Shown: positions 1-9,694, counted from the stretch's first letter. The stretch is 64,000 nt of DNA from an uncultured Verrucomicrobiota bacterium (GCA_903939515.1 CAJAHH010000015.1:7058-71057), one strand, 5' to 3'. Numbers and translations: made by a program. The notes: a model not told the origin generated them from the sequence alone.

Positions 1-398
1 CCCCGGACGATCATACCGGGCAGTACGGCACGCGAGAGTTGATAAATGCCGAGCACATTCACCTTCCACAGTCTCTCTAACTCTTCGGGCTTGGTGGTCA
101 GAATGGTGCCGACATGCCCGACACCCGCGTTGTTCACGAGCACATCGCAGCGTCCGCACTCCTCCGTCACCCGCTGCACCACGGTACGGCACGCCGTCTC
201 GTCACTCACATCCAGGAGGAGTGATTCTGCGCGATGTCCCCGTTCACGAATCCGCGCGGCCGTTTTCTGCGCCGCGGCTTCGTCGCAGTCGGTGGCAAAC
301 ACCCATGCTCCAGCTTCGGCAAAGCATTCTGCAATGGCGGCTCCGATGCCGGAACCCGATCCCGTGACGAGGGCGATTTTGTCTGTCAGGGTTATCAT
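1..398 (-). CDS. SDR-family oxidoreductase (3' end runs off the window)
   Basis: Not in the ORF track. The minus strand from ATG at 398 reads MITLTDKIALVTGSGSGIGAAIA..., with the TGxxxGIG motif and later the VNNAG motif. ATGA overlap with the mqo stop codon. Confidence 0.9.
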   Translation of the reverse strand, partial: MITLTDKIALVTGSGSGIGAAIAECFAEAGAWVFATDCDEAAAQKTAARIRERGHRAESLLLDVSDETACRTVVQRVTEECGRCDVLVNNAGVGHVGTILTTKPEELERLWKVNVLGIYQLSRAVLPGMIVR

Positions 399-1906
399 GC
401 TGAAGGATGGAGTTGCAGCCTCTCGGCGGCCTCGCGGTGGGTCTTCTCGAATAAGGGGACGCTGGCGGGCTGCTTCAGGTCTTGGTCGAACGTCGGGATC
501 ATCCGCTTCATCCGCTCCAGGCCTTCGGAACAGCCCAGCAACTGCGGAAGACAATTCTGGACGACCTCGAGCGCGATGTTCACCGCGACCGATGCTCCGG
601 GCGAGGCACCCAACATCGCTGCGATCGAGCGGTCGGCGGACGAAAACACCTCAGTGCTGAAAGACAATTTACCGCGGTCTGCCCTCTTAATGGCCTGCAC
701 GCGGACGCCGGCTTGAACGAGCCTCCAGTCTTCCACGCGGGCATTGGGATAAAACTCGCGCACCGCTTCCATCCGATGGGCCATGCTTTTCAGTCCCTGT
801 GTGATGAGATACTTCACCAGTGGGAAATTCCGCGCGGCGGTCTGAAGCAACGCGCCCAAATTGCCCCCGTGAATCGAGAGGGGCAGATCACTCCAATGCC
901 CCTGTTTAAGGAAACGGGTCGTCCATGAGGCAAACGGTCCAAAGAGCAATTGGCGCTGCCCGTTGAGCCGCCGCACATCGAGGTGCCCGGCACCCAGACT
1001 GGGCGATGAGGGCGGCGTTAAGCCGTAAACTTTGGAGTCATGTCGGGCGCAAATCGAGGGCGCGTCGCAAACGAGCCACTGACCGCCAATGGGAAACCCA
1101 CCCAGTCCCTCCACCTCGGCGAGACCCGTGGATTGCAGCAAAGGCAGGCTGCCGCCGCCGGCACCGACAAAGACAAACTTCGTACGCTGTTGGCGCTCTT
1201 CTCCAGAGGCGCTGCATCGCAAGGAGAGATGCCACTCACCCGCACCGCGCTGAAGTTGGGTTACCTTCCATCCGGCTGCGATACCGCACTGCTCCTGATC
1301 CGCCAACCAGCCACACAAACGGCGGGCCAGCAGTCCGTAGTCCACTTCGGTGCCATCGCCCGTCGTGGCTGCGACGGGTCCGGGCTCGCGGCCTTCCATC
1401 ACCAGCGGAGCTCGCTGATGGATCGTCGACGCATCGGTGGTAAAAGTCATGCCACCGAAGAAATGGTGTTCCGCCATTGCAGCATGGCGGGCGCGCAAAA
1501 AGTCCACGTTCTCAGCGCCCTTCACGAAGCAGACATGCGGCACCGCATGGATGAAATCCGAGGGGGCTCCCACCAGGCCATCGGCGGTCGCAGAGCCCCA
1601 AAACTGCTTCGATTGCTCGAATTGCTCGAAGATCCGCACTGCTCTGCCGATTGGCACCCGGCCGTCCGGATCTCGAGACGGTGTGTAGCTCATCTCACAC
1701 AATCCCGCGTGGCCCGTGCCCGCATTGTTCCAACCGTCCGAGGCTTCAGAGGCCAGGTCCTTGGTAGCCTCAACTACCTGGATACGCAGACGCGGGTCGA
1801 GCCGCTTGAGCATCACCCCGAGCGTCGCGGACATGATGCCGCTGCCGACGAGGACGATATCGGGAGCTTCCAAGAGGCGGACATCCCTGTCCGGTGGCGT
1901 CTGCAT
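395..1906 (-). CDS. mqo: Malate:quinone oxidoreductase family flavoprotein
   Basis: DIVLVGSGIMSATLG, E.SDGWNNAGTGH.GLCE, FVFVGAGGGSLPLLQ, GFPIGGQWL, LLFGPFA and LGASPGASVAV are Mqo-family signatures. Confidence 0.9.
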   Translation of the reverse strand: MQTPPDRDVRLLEAPDIVLVGSGIMSATLGVMLKRLDPRLRIQVVEATKDLASEASDGWNNAGTGHAGLCEMSYTPSRDPDGRVPIGRAVRIFEQFEQSKQFWGSATADGLVGAPSDFIHAVPHVCFVKGAENVDFLRARHAAMAEHHFFGGMTFTTDASTIHQRAPLVMEGREPGPVAATTGDGTEVDYGLLARRLCGWLADQEQCGIAAGWKVTQLQRGAGEWHLSLRCSASGEERQQRTKFVFVGAGGGSLPLLQSTGLAEVEGLGGFPIGGQWLVCDAPSICARHDSKVYGLTPPSSPSLGAGHLDVRRLNGQRQLLFGPFASWTTRFLKQGHWSDLPLSIHGGNLGALLQTAARNFPLVKYLITQGLKSMAHRMEAVREFYPNARVEDWRLVQAGVRVQAIKRADRGKLSFSTEVFSSADRSIAAMLGASPGASVAVNIALEVVQNCLPQLLGCSEGLERMKRMIPTFDQDLKQPASVPLFEKTHREAAERLQLHPSA

Positions 1907-1924
1907 GGTTTTAAGCGACAGAGT

Positions 1925-2968
1925 TTAGCACCAATGCGCCCCTTGGGCCTCGACATAAACCGAATAGAGACTGCGGCTGGCGGTCATGAAGAGCCGGTTC
2001 CGGCGCGGGCCTCCGAAACAAACGTTGCTGCACACTTCCGGTAGCAAAATTTGTCCGATGCGTTGGCCTTCCGGCGAGAAGATCTGCACGCCGTCATAGC
2101 CCTCGCCGCCCCAACCCGCGCCAGCCCAGACGTTGCCGTCCTTGTCGCAACGGATGCCATCTGCGAACCCAGCCACCTTCTTACCGTTGAGGTCCATTTG
2201 CATGGAAGTAAACTCGCGCCCGTTTTTTACCTTCTCACCGTCCATGTCCCAGACCTTGATATTCTTGGGTGCCTTGGGGTAGTGGCTAGCGCCGGTGTCC
2301 GCGACATAGACCTTCTTGTAATCCGCCGAAAAGCAGAGCCCGTTCGGCTTGAAGATCTCATCGGTCATCTTTTGCACCTTGCCGCTGCGGTCGATGCGAT
2401 AAACGGCCTCTTTGAGCACGAGATCGCCCTTGTTGCCCTCGTAGTTGCCGAGGCTGCCATATCCGGGATCGGTGAACCAAATGCTGCCATCGGGGTGCAC
2501 TACGCCATCGTTGGGTGCGTTGAACGGCTTGCCCTCAAACTTGTCGGCCAAGACGGTGAGGCTGCCGTCCGCCTCGTAGCGCACCACGCGCCGATTGCCA
2601 TGCTCGAAGGAAATCTGCCGGCCCTCGCGGTCAAAGGTGTTGCCGTTGCTATGGCCAGCGGGCTTGTGAATCGTCGTCACCGCGCCGTTATCCTGCAGCC
2701 ATCGGTGCTGGACGTCGTTCGGGATATCACTCCAGACGAGGTACTGTCCCCAGCCGCTCCAAGCCGGTCCTTCCGCCCAATACATACCGGTGTGCAGCCG
2801 TTCGATGGGAGAGGACCCGATCTTGTATTTCTCGAAGGCCTTATCGAGCGTGATGACATCGGGCTCGGGGTAACGGACCGGGGCCGCATTGACTCCGTAG
2901 TCTCGGGCTAAAAGGGGCATGGCAGCGAGCGAACCGATGGAGGAGAGGAAGGATCGACGAGTGGTCAT
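1925..2968 (-). CDS. SMP-30/gluconolactonase family protein, Tat-exported
   Basis: TRRSFL Tat motif; WAEGPAW, SNGNTFD, FNAPND, WFTDPGYG, PNGLCFS, ADGIRCD and NVCFGG. Confidence 0.92.
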   Translation of the reverse strand: MTTRRSFLSSIGSLAAMPLLARDYGVNAAPVRYPEPDVITLDKAFEKYKIGSSPIERLHTGMYWAEGPAWSGWGQYLVWSDIPNDVQHRWLQDNGAVTTIHKPAGHSNGNTFDREGRQISFEHGNRRVVRYEADGSLTVLADKFEGKPFNAPNDGVVHPDGSIWFTDPGYGSLGNYEGNKGDLVLKEAVYRIDRSGKVQKMTDEIFKPNGLCFSADYKKVYVADTGASHYPKAPKNIKVWDMDGEKVKNGREFTSMQMDLNGKKVAGFADGIRCDKDGNVWAGAGWGGEGYDGVQIFSPEGQRIGQILLPEVCSNVCFGGPRRNRLFMTASRSLYSVYVEAQGAHWC

Positions 2969-2992
2969 GGTGGGTGGATGGGTTGATCTGAA

Positions 2993-3970
2993 TTACCTCG
3001 GAGCGGTGACGCCATTGACGATGTTAGGCGGCAGTTCGCCACGCACGGCTTGAAGCGCGATGCGAGCGGCGCTCTCTCGCAGCGTCTTTACCGACGGCGG
3101 GCTCGCCGATGCGATGTGAGCAGCGAGAATCACGTTGGGCATAGTGCGGATAGGGTGGTCTGCAGGAATCGGCTCCGGATCAAACACATCGAGTGCTGCA
3201 CCGGCGAGATGACCCGATTGCAGGGCGGCGGTGACCGCGGTGCTATCTACCAAATCACCACGGCCCACGTTGATAAAGATCGAACCCGCTTTCATCTTCG
3301 CGAAGGCCGCTGCATTGAAGAGCTGCTTCGTCTTCGGTGTGGAGGGGCAATGCGGGGATACAATGTCGCTGTGCGCGAGCAACTCTTCGAATGAGGCCAC
3401 GGCTACTGCTCCGGATCTGGCTATTTCATCGGCCCCCACGACAGGATCATACACCAGCACCTTGGCCTTGAAGGCGAGCAGGCGCGTCACGACGTCCCGC
3501 CCAATGCGCCCAAAGCCCACAATTCCCACCGTCAGATGTTTCAGCGACGCCATGGAACTCAAGGGCGTTGCGAGCCCCCACTGCCCCTGGCGCAAGTGCA
3601 GGGCGTTGGGCACCACTTGGCGCGTGATGGCCAGAATGAAGGCGAGCGCGTGATCGGCCACCTCGTCGATGCAGTAATCCGGAATATTGCACACCGGGAT
3701 GCCGCGTTCGCGGGCAGCCGCGCAGTCCACATTGTCGTAGCCGACGCCATAGCGAACGATGGCTTTGGCCTTCGTCATGGCATGGACGACGTCCGCGTTG
3801 ACGGGGGCGAATTGGGCGATCACCGCATCGGCATTGCGCACCAACTCGGCAAGCTCTGCAGGCGAACGCTTTTCTTTGAAGGAAACGATCTCGATGCCCG
3901 CTGGACGAAGAACCGCTTCTTCCAGGCTGAGATCCGAAAAGGTGTAATCAGTAATGGCTACGGTAGGCAT
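2993..3970 (-). CDS. D-isomer-specific 2-hydroxyacid dehydrogenase (CtBP/SerA-like)
   Basis: RYGVGYDNVD, GIVGFGRIG, INVGRGDLVD, AALDVFDPEP and a C-terminal His (AAHIAS). Confidence 0.93.
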   Translation of the reverse strand: MPTVAITDYTFSDLSLEEAVLRPAGIEIVSFKEKRSPAELAELVRNADAVIAQFAPVNADVVHAMTKAKAIVRYGVGYDNVDCAAARERGIPVCNIPDYCIDEVADHALAFILAITRQVVPNALHLRQGQWGLATPLSSMASLKHLTVGIVGFGRIGRDVVTRLLAFKAKVLVYDPVVGADEIARSGAVAVASFEELLAHSDIVSPHCPSTPKTKQLFNAAAFAKMKAGSIFINVGRGDLVDSTAVTAALQSGHLAGAALDVFDPEPIPADHPIRTMPNVILAAHIASASPPSVKTLRESAARIALQAVRGELPPNIVNGVTAPR

Positions 3971-4050
3971 GGGTAGTTGGGGTGGGTTTTACAGCGGGAT
4001 TAAAGAGGTTTGCTGGTGGGGATTTCTGGATTTTCCGAAGGCAAAAATCA

Positions 4051-4947
4051 TCACTCGCCGATTGCGCGGACGGTGGTGAGTGACTGGATCAACGTGTGGT
4101 TCTCCCATTTCCAGACGACCCGCTTCTTCTTGTCATGCGTCACTTCGATGGCGTGAGCCCCCTGCCCTTCCTTGCCGCGCATGAAGTTGCCAATGAGCAG
4201 GTTTCCGTTCTTGAGCTGCTGAAGGCTGGAGATCCAGGTGATGTTCAAATCCGGAGCGTCCTTGTCGCTGAACTCCCACACGATTTGCTTGTCTCGCGTC
4301 ACCTCGATCAAACGCTTCTGCGTGCCGCAGCAAATGAGCGTATTACCATTGGGGAGTCGCTGCGCATCGCCCGTGTTGGTGACACCCGTGTATTCCCACA
4401 CCACCTTGCCGCTCGGGTCCACCTCGCGCACGGCACCCTCACCTTCATGGGCGGCCAGAATGTTGCCGTTCGCAAGCTTGTGGACGTTGCGCACTTGAAG
4501 GTGGTGCCCCTCGACAGTCGTGGTCAGCGGGGTGACATGGACGATTCGGCCCTGAGGATTCACTTCGACCGCCTGACACGGCCCCTGCTCGGCGACCAGC
4601 GTGTTGCCATTGGCCAAGCGCTCGCAGCCGAAGACTTGATGCGATTTGCTGACGTAATCGAACACCGTCTCCCCGCGCGATGTGATCTCGCGAACGCCGG
4701 TCGGAGTGCCACCGTAGCCGGAGAGTATATTGCCATTCGGCAACGCCTGGAAGATCACCGTCGTGCTCGGTGGATTAAACTCCCACACCTTCTTGCCCTC
4801 TGCATCGAGTTCGATAAACCGATTGGGCCCCTTGCCGTACTCGGTGAAGAGCAGTCGGTGTTTGATGGGCGCGTCCGCGGCGAAGGTCTGCGTGCCCGAA
4901 GACAACGCGAAGGCCAGAATGGCGATGATGAGGCGGGTAAAGTGCAT
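4051..4947 (-). CDS. Secreted beta-propeller protein (PQQ-like/arylsulfotransferase-like repeats)
   Basis: Signal peptide from MHFTRLIIAILAFAL (ATG 4947); repeated RLxNGNTLI...VxEVxxxGKVVWEY blades. Confidence 0.75.
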   Translation of the reverse strand: MHFTRLIIAILAFALSSGTQTFAADAPIKHRLLFTEYGKGPNRFIELDAEGKKVWEFNPPSTTVIFQALPNGNILSGYGGTPTGVREITSRGETVFDYVSKSHQVFGCERLANGNTLVAEQGPCQAVEVNPQGRIVHVTPLTTTVEGHHLQVRNVHKLANGNILAAHEGEGAVREVDPSGKVVWEYTGVTNTGDAQRLPNGNTLICCGTQKRLIEVTRDKQIVWEFSDKDAPDLNITWISSLQQLKNGNLLIGNFMRGKEGQGAHAIEVTHDKKKRVVWKWENHTLIQSLTTVRAIGE

Positions 4948-5312
4948 GGGGGGATTTAAAAGATGTGGAGGTCTAGGCCCGGACCTCACGAACGGACCGC
5001 CGTCATGGGCCGGTATTGCTGAGGCCGAGGGCATAGAAACCCCGGGGCAGCCCACTGAGACATTCCGGCTAAGACACTCTTTAGCAGCAACGGGAGACAG
5101 GATGGTGTCAGAGATCATGGGACCGAGCTTCGTTCAGGGGAGGCCTGAAGGATCACCGACAGCAACGGTGTTGGGAATGTTGTTTTTGGTGAGAAAGTAG
5201 GGGGGAGAGAAACCATCAAAGGGCGCGGCACCCTCGACACTTACTTCCTCAGCCCCCTTTCCGGCTAGGCACCGTAACTTGGCGATTCCACAGTCCAGGG
5301 ATCGACGACAAT

Positions 5313-5380
5313 CTGAACTGAAACGATTCAACGGACTCGGTCCGGCTGAACCGGAACGATTCAATTAGATCGGTCCGGCT
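5313..5380. repeat. Imperfect 33-bp tandem duplication
   Basis: ctgaactgaaacgattcaacggactcggtccgg (5313-5345) followed by ctgaaccggaacgattcaattagatcggtccgg (5346-5378). Confidence 0.7.
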
Positions 5381-7430
5381 ATGGACACGGCTTGAGGACG
5401 GGACCAAAGAGGGCCGAGATCTTCGGCGTGGCGTTGGTAACGGTGAGTGTCCATTCGCTCTGGGTCTGATCGACACCTGCTCCGCCCCACAGGGAAAGGC
5501 CATAGCCCAGATCCGGAACGGCAATCACCCGCACCTTCGAACCGTAGGGATACACCTTCATTGCCGGCTCCAATGCGATCTTTCCGCCGCCCGTCGCCAC
5601 GGTGTTGACGGTCGTCCCAAAAGTGGCGACCAAGCGGGCCGGGGCTTTTACCTCCCAGGAGAGCTTCGGATCATTGCCCACATAATCGCCACTCCAGCCA
5701 AGAAACTCCCATCCTCCGATGCCTATGGCCTGAAGAACCACCCGCTCGAACTGCGAATAGGTCCCAGCTCCGCTCACCCTCCCGCCGCGGGCCTCGATAG
5801 TCAGTTCATGCCTGGGAATAGGTTCGAAAACGGCGCGGACCTCACGGTGGGTCGACAGGATCAGGGTTGCCTGACGCTCTTCGCCACTCAGATCTCCCTC
5901 CCATCGGACCCACCGCCACCCATCAGCGGGGATCGCCTGAACCCTCACCGACTCGCCTTGCAAATACTGGTCTTGTTGTGGCGAGCACTCGAGCTTCCCC
6001 TCACCGGCCACCGACCATTTCAACGAAACGAACGGAACCAGCCGAATCTGGACTTGGGGCAATTCGAGGGTCTCGGTTAAGTCTTCGTTCAAGTGCAATT
6101 CCCTCAAAACGATACTTTGATCCACCGTGAATTCACCGGTGTACTTCCGAGATAGGACCGTCGGCTGGCTTCCATCGATCGAGTAGAAGATCTGCCCTCG
6201 TTCAAATCGATGCGACAAGCGGACTGTCGCCTGTTTTCCAACGTTCACTGAAGTGTCGGTTTCACGTCCGTTCACAATCCATCTGGGATGACCGTCCACA
6301 GTGATGTTCTTGCTCTCCAATTCCAACCAGGGCCGAGCTGGCCTGGGCAGCACCGACCTGAAACCCACCCGATTGTAGACTGTCTCCGGAGTGAAGGCCC
6401 GACGGTTGGCGATCTCGCAGTTCTTGGCGTTGTCGTACCAACCGCCGCCTCGGAACACCCGATGGACACCCACGTTGGGTCCACGAGGATCGGTTTGCGG
6501 ATCGGAGGTGTAGTCGCCAAACCGATCCCAGCACCATTCGAAGTGGTTGCCGGCCATGTCGAACAAGCCAAAGCCATTGGGCGGGTAAGAACCCACCTTC
6601 ACTGAACCGCTCTTCTCGGACTCGTCGTAATTGGCACGATCGGGAGTGATCTTCTCGGAGTCGCTCCACGGAAATCGATGACCGGCAGCGCCACCCCGGG
6701 CCGCTTTCTCCCACTCGGCTTCGGTCGGCAACCGATAGCCAGTTTGCCAATCCACATGAGGAGCAATGCGTCCGCTCCTGTAAACTATCGTGCCGGCTGA
6801 ATCCACGGTGTAAGCGGGTTTCATTCCCTCCATTTCACTGCGGGCGTTACACCACTTCACACAGTCGAACCAACTGACGGTGTGAACCGGATGTTCAGTG
6901 CCAAAACTCTGGCCGATTGGCAAATCGAGGTAGCCATGATCCAAGGACCATTGTCGCACAGAATCCCAGAGCTCCTTGGTGATCTCGTAAACGTCCATCG
7001 CATATTCAGAAACCCATACCGTGTGCGACGGACCGGCCATTTCAAAGGAACCCTCTCGAATCAAATTCATTCCGGCAGCCGGCTCCCAATCGGTAGTGCC
7101 CAACTTGAACCGCACGGTTCTGCTGTATCGATTGGCAAGGTCCACCGACGAATCCCAACGGATGTGCTGCACAATTCCCGGCTGGATCCCCCTTCCCACG
7201 GCACCCGTCGCGGAGGCTGTCGGCACCTCCCAGGTTTGCCCACCGTCTGCAGAGATTTTTAAATACACCGAAACGGCAGCATTGTCCGGATCCCGGATCT
7301 CATAAGAAATATCGACCGATCGGGTGCCGGTCATCTGCTCGGCCTGTACGTTCAGGATCACGGGTTCTACCGCAGCGAGCGGCGGCATGACCCAGAGCAT
7401 TAATGACCAATAAAGAGCCAACGGTCTCAT
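5379..7430 (-). CDS. Secreted FGE-sulfatase (SUMF1/EgtB/PvdO) domain protein with FN3-associated domain and InlB B-repeat-like domains
   Basis: Signal peptide; YRLPTEAEWEKAARGG, PNGFGLFDMAGN..EWCWD, RVFRGGGW and GFR; IFYSIDGSQPT; repeated A.P..GW.F..W.GD. Confidence 0.88.
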   Translation of the reverse strand: MRPLALYWSLMLWVMPPLAAVEPVILNVQAEQMTGTRSVDISYEIRDPDNAAVSVYLKISADGGQTWEVPTASATGAVGRGIQPGIVQHIRWDSSVDLANRYSRTVRFKLGTTDWEPAAGMNLIREGSFEMAGPSHTVWVSEYAMDVYEITKELWDSVRQWSLDHGYLDLPIGQSFGTEHPVHTVSWFDCVKWCNARSEMEGMKPAYTVDSAGTIVYRSGRIAPHVDWQTGYRLPTEAEWEKAARGGAAGHRFPWSDSEKITPDRANYDESEKSGSVKVGSYPPNGFGLFDMAGNHFEWCWDRFGDYTSDPQTDPRGPNVGVHRVFRGGGWYDNAKNCEIANRRAFTPETVYNRVGFRSVLPRPARPWLELESKNITVDGHPRWIVNGRETDTSVNVGKQATVRLSHRFERGQIFYSIDGSQPTVLSRKYTGEFTVDQSIVLRELHLNEDLTETLELPQVQIRLVPFVSLKWSVAGEGKLECSPQQDQYLQGESVRVQAIPADGWRWVRWEGDLSGEERQATLILSTHREVRAVFEPIPRHELTIEARGGRVSGAGTYSQFERVVLQAIGIGGWEFLGWSGDYVGNDPKLSWEVKAPARLVATFGTTVNTVATGGGKIALEPAMKVYPYGSKVRVIAVPDLGYGLSLWGGAGVDQTQSEWTLTVTNATPKISALFGPVLKPCP

Positions 7431-7505
7431 GAACGTTTTAAAAGTGTTTTGATTTCTAACACCTTGGTGCCAGCCAATCGTCGGCGATCGGATTCGCCGA
7501 GCGCC

Positions 7506-8480
7506 CTAGGCCTGAGTTACCACCTTGCGAGGCATCTGCTCGTAAATCACTCGGAGGGAGCTCTGCACGGCATGATTTTCGAGGGGTTGATCTTGGAGTT
7601 CCAGAGGCATCCATTGCCTGAGACGGGCCTCGCTCATCCCGCCCAGCCAGAGACTGAAGGCGAGATCCGACTCTCGTCGATCCAGATATTTCTGGCGCGC
7701 CCGATATGCTTCCAGTCGTTCGATGTTCTGCCGACGAACGGTGTCCGCCAGAGTCTCAAAGTTTGCGGGCGGTCCATAAGAACCGGTCTTGAGGATCTCC
7801 ATGAATCCATTGAGCAATCCCATTCTCATGGTTTTGCGGTTGACCCGAATATCAAAAGCAAAGGCTTCGATGGATAATTGCAATTCATCGAGACTCACAT
7901 TGCCCCATTTCCACACCTGCCGAAGATGACTCGGAGCAAACATCACCTGTTCTTGATGCAGTATTGAGCAATCCACTTCCAGCCATTCGTCAGGAATCTC
8001 CCGGGAGTTTTGACTTCCCCTAGGACGAGAGCCGAAACCGGCCACAGGATCGCTGGCATACTCAGGCCGACGGCTTGGGAATTCTGCGCCCGCCAAAAGG
8101 GGGGACCCTCCTCCCAAGCGGACGGTTGGCGAGGGGGTCAAGGGCCAGGCTCCGTCGGCGTGAGCATTCTGGATTTCCTGGAGCAATCCCGTGGCGATGG
8201 AGTAACTCACCCACCCGCCACGGCCGCGCTTGGATTGCGCCACCGAAATTAATCCCTCCCGAACCATGCGTGCCAAGGTTGTTTCGACGGTTCGCAAAGA
8301 CGCCCCCACTTGGTCGGCCAATGATCGAACGTTCAGCGGATCGGTCGACTCCGAGGCGAGGCTTTTTCGCGAGGCGCTGATGATTTCCATCAATCTCAAC
8401 TTCAGCCCAACAAGACCCAACAGTTGGGTGTTTGTTGTGCTTTTAACCATCATTTCGATGGGCGTTTGTTGGGTATTCAT
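7506..8480 (-). CDS. Winged-helix DNA-binding protein, plasmid/phage replication-initiator-like
   Basis: HTH plus wing: LNVRSLADQVGASLRTVETTLARMVREGLISVAQSKRGRGGWVSYSI. It is followed by a low-complexity linker and a helical C-terminal domain. The Rep role is inferred from architecture and context. Confidence 0.55.
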   Translation of the reverse strand: MNTQQTPIEMMVKSTTNTQLLGLVGLKLRLMEIISASRKSLASESTDPLNVRSLADQVGASLRTVETTLARMVREGLISVAQSKRGRGGWVSYSIATGLLQEIQNAHADGAWPLTPSPTVRLGGGSPLLAGAEFPSRRPEYASDPVAGFGSRPRGSQNSREIPDEWLEVDCSILHQEQVMFAPSHLRQVWKWGNVSLDELQLSIEAFAFDIRVNRKTMRMGLLNGFMEILKTGSYGPPANFETLADTVRRQNIERLEAYRARQKYLDRRESDLAFSLWLGGMSEARLRQWMPLELQDQPLENHAVQSSLRVIYEQMPRKVVTQA

Positions 8481-9039
8481 CGATTCCAAAAACGTTTTTA
8501 TTGATTTTTAAAACCCGACACAACCTGTTTGTAGGGTTTCAGAATCATCGCTCGTGCCAACGGGCGTGAGGCATCCGATGGCCATCTCGGGGAAATCTGG
8601 ACCCACTTCCACTCGAACTAGTGGCGGCCATTGTCCGTCGCTTTTCTCCACCCAAGTCCTCCTCCGGATATCCTCCCTTCGAGGCCAGTTTTCAACCCGC
8701 ATTGCCCAGCCAAAAAAACGTTCCCGTTTCAACCAACCGACCCTCTTTCGCCCTCTCGCCATCACTGAATCGACGGATATGCCCCTACCCCAAAAATTCT
8801 CACACCGTCCCGAGGCCAGCCTGCTGAGCCCCGCATCCCATTCTTGGTCGCCAAACGGATCGAGCTAACCAAGATAACCTATAACACCCACCGGGCCGAA
8901 TGAGCGGGTGTAATCCTGTTACTTCCCGCGAGCCACTGTGGCAACCCACTGAAAATTTGGAGTGAAATCACTGCTGGAATCATTTTTTGAATCCACCCCC
9001 TGTCTTTGCAGAAAATGGCCGGACCTTTAATAGCTCTCA

Positions 9040-9330
9040 ATCGGTGAGACTACCTCCACTAATTCAATCAATAACAACGTTGGAAAACCCTATTAGAATA
9101 AATCGATAAAATAAATAACCAACGCCACAAAATTTGATTTTTATTAAAACAATAAATCACATCCTGTTGGTTGAAAATCATAGGTTTTTCTTATTTTAAA
9201 CACGGCGCGGTTCAATATGTTAAAAATCAAACCACAGCAATGCATAAATATAAAAACTAGAAACAGTGACTCATTTAAATTCTAAATTATCCAATGATCA
9301 ATTCGCAAAAATCAATTAACCACCCTGAAT
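9040..9330. promoter_or_regulatory. Strongly AT-rich non-coding tract (candidate origin/unwinding element or promoter region)
   Basis: Hand count gives 65 G+C in the 240 nt of 9061-9300 (27%), against about 60% elsewhere. The ORF track shows nothing between 8868 and 9695. Confidence 0.6.
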
Positions 9331-9603
9331 TCGAACCTTCAATCCGACTCAACGTTTACCGAAGCATTTCACCCGGTTCTAAATTCAAAACCGGTGAAGT
9401 CTTTTGAGTCTAAATTCTGCGCCAACGAATCCCGGAATTCACGTGCCTGAGGCCCTGAATGCGTCAAAAGAGGGCTAAACCAGCCCAAAGGGTCGCAGCA
9501 GCAACCCGTTCACTCACGTCGCCACCATCATCACCCAGAAATCGCATCAGACTCCGGCCAAAAAGGGACAAGTTTCTTGAATTTTAGTATCTGCATTCAA
9601 TGC

Positions 9604-9679
9604 AATAACTCTAGGGCTAAGTCTATAAGCTAAGTCTCCAGAGTTAAATCTCTAGGACTAAGTCGCTAAGCCTGAGTCC
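9604..9679. repeat. Array of short degenerate direct repeats (consensus GCTAAGTCT)
   Basis: AATAACTCT 9604, GCTAAGTCT 9616, GCTAAGTCT 9629, GTTAAATCT 9643, ACTAAGTCG 9657 and CCTGAGTCC 9671 (12-14 bp period), plus GCTAAGCCT 9665. Confidence 0.65.
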
Positions 9680-9694
9680 GAACGATTCAATCCA

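Noticed and set aside
1040..2911. Long plus-strand ORFs opposite real genes (also 4096-4959, 18130-19467, 14454-15760, 47858-48933)
   Set aside because: Shadow ORFs expected in GC-rich DNA, with no motifs.
8508..8868. Small ORFs upstream of the wHTH gene as a partner or frameshifted N-terminus
   Set aside because: No motif or compositional support.
9604..9679. CRISPR array (also considered for 15202-15265 and 58986-59264)
   Set aside because: Repeat and spacer lengths do not fit, there is no series of unique spacers, and no cas genes are present.
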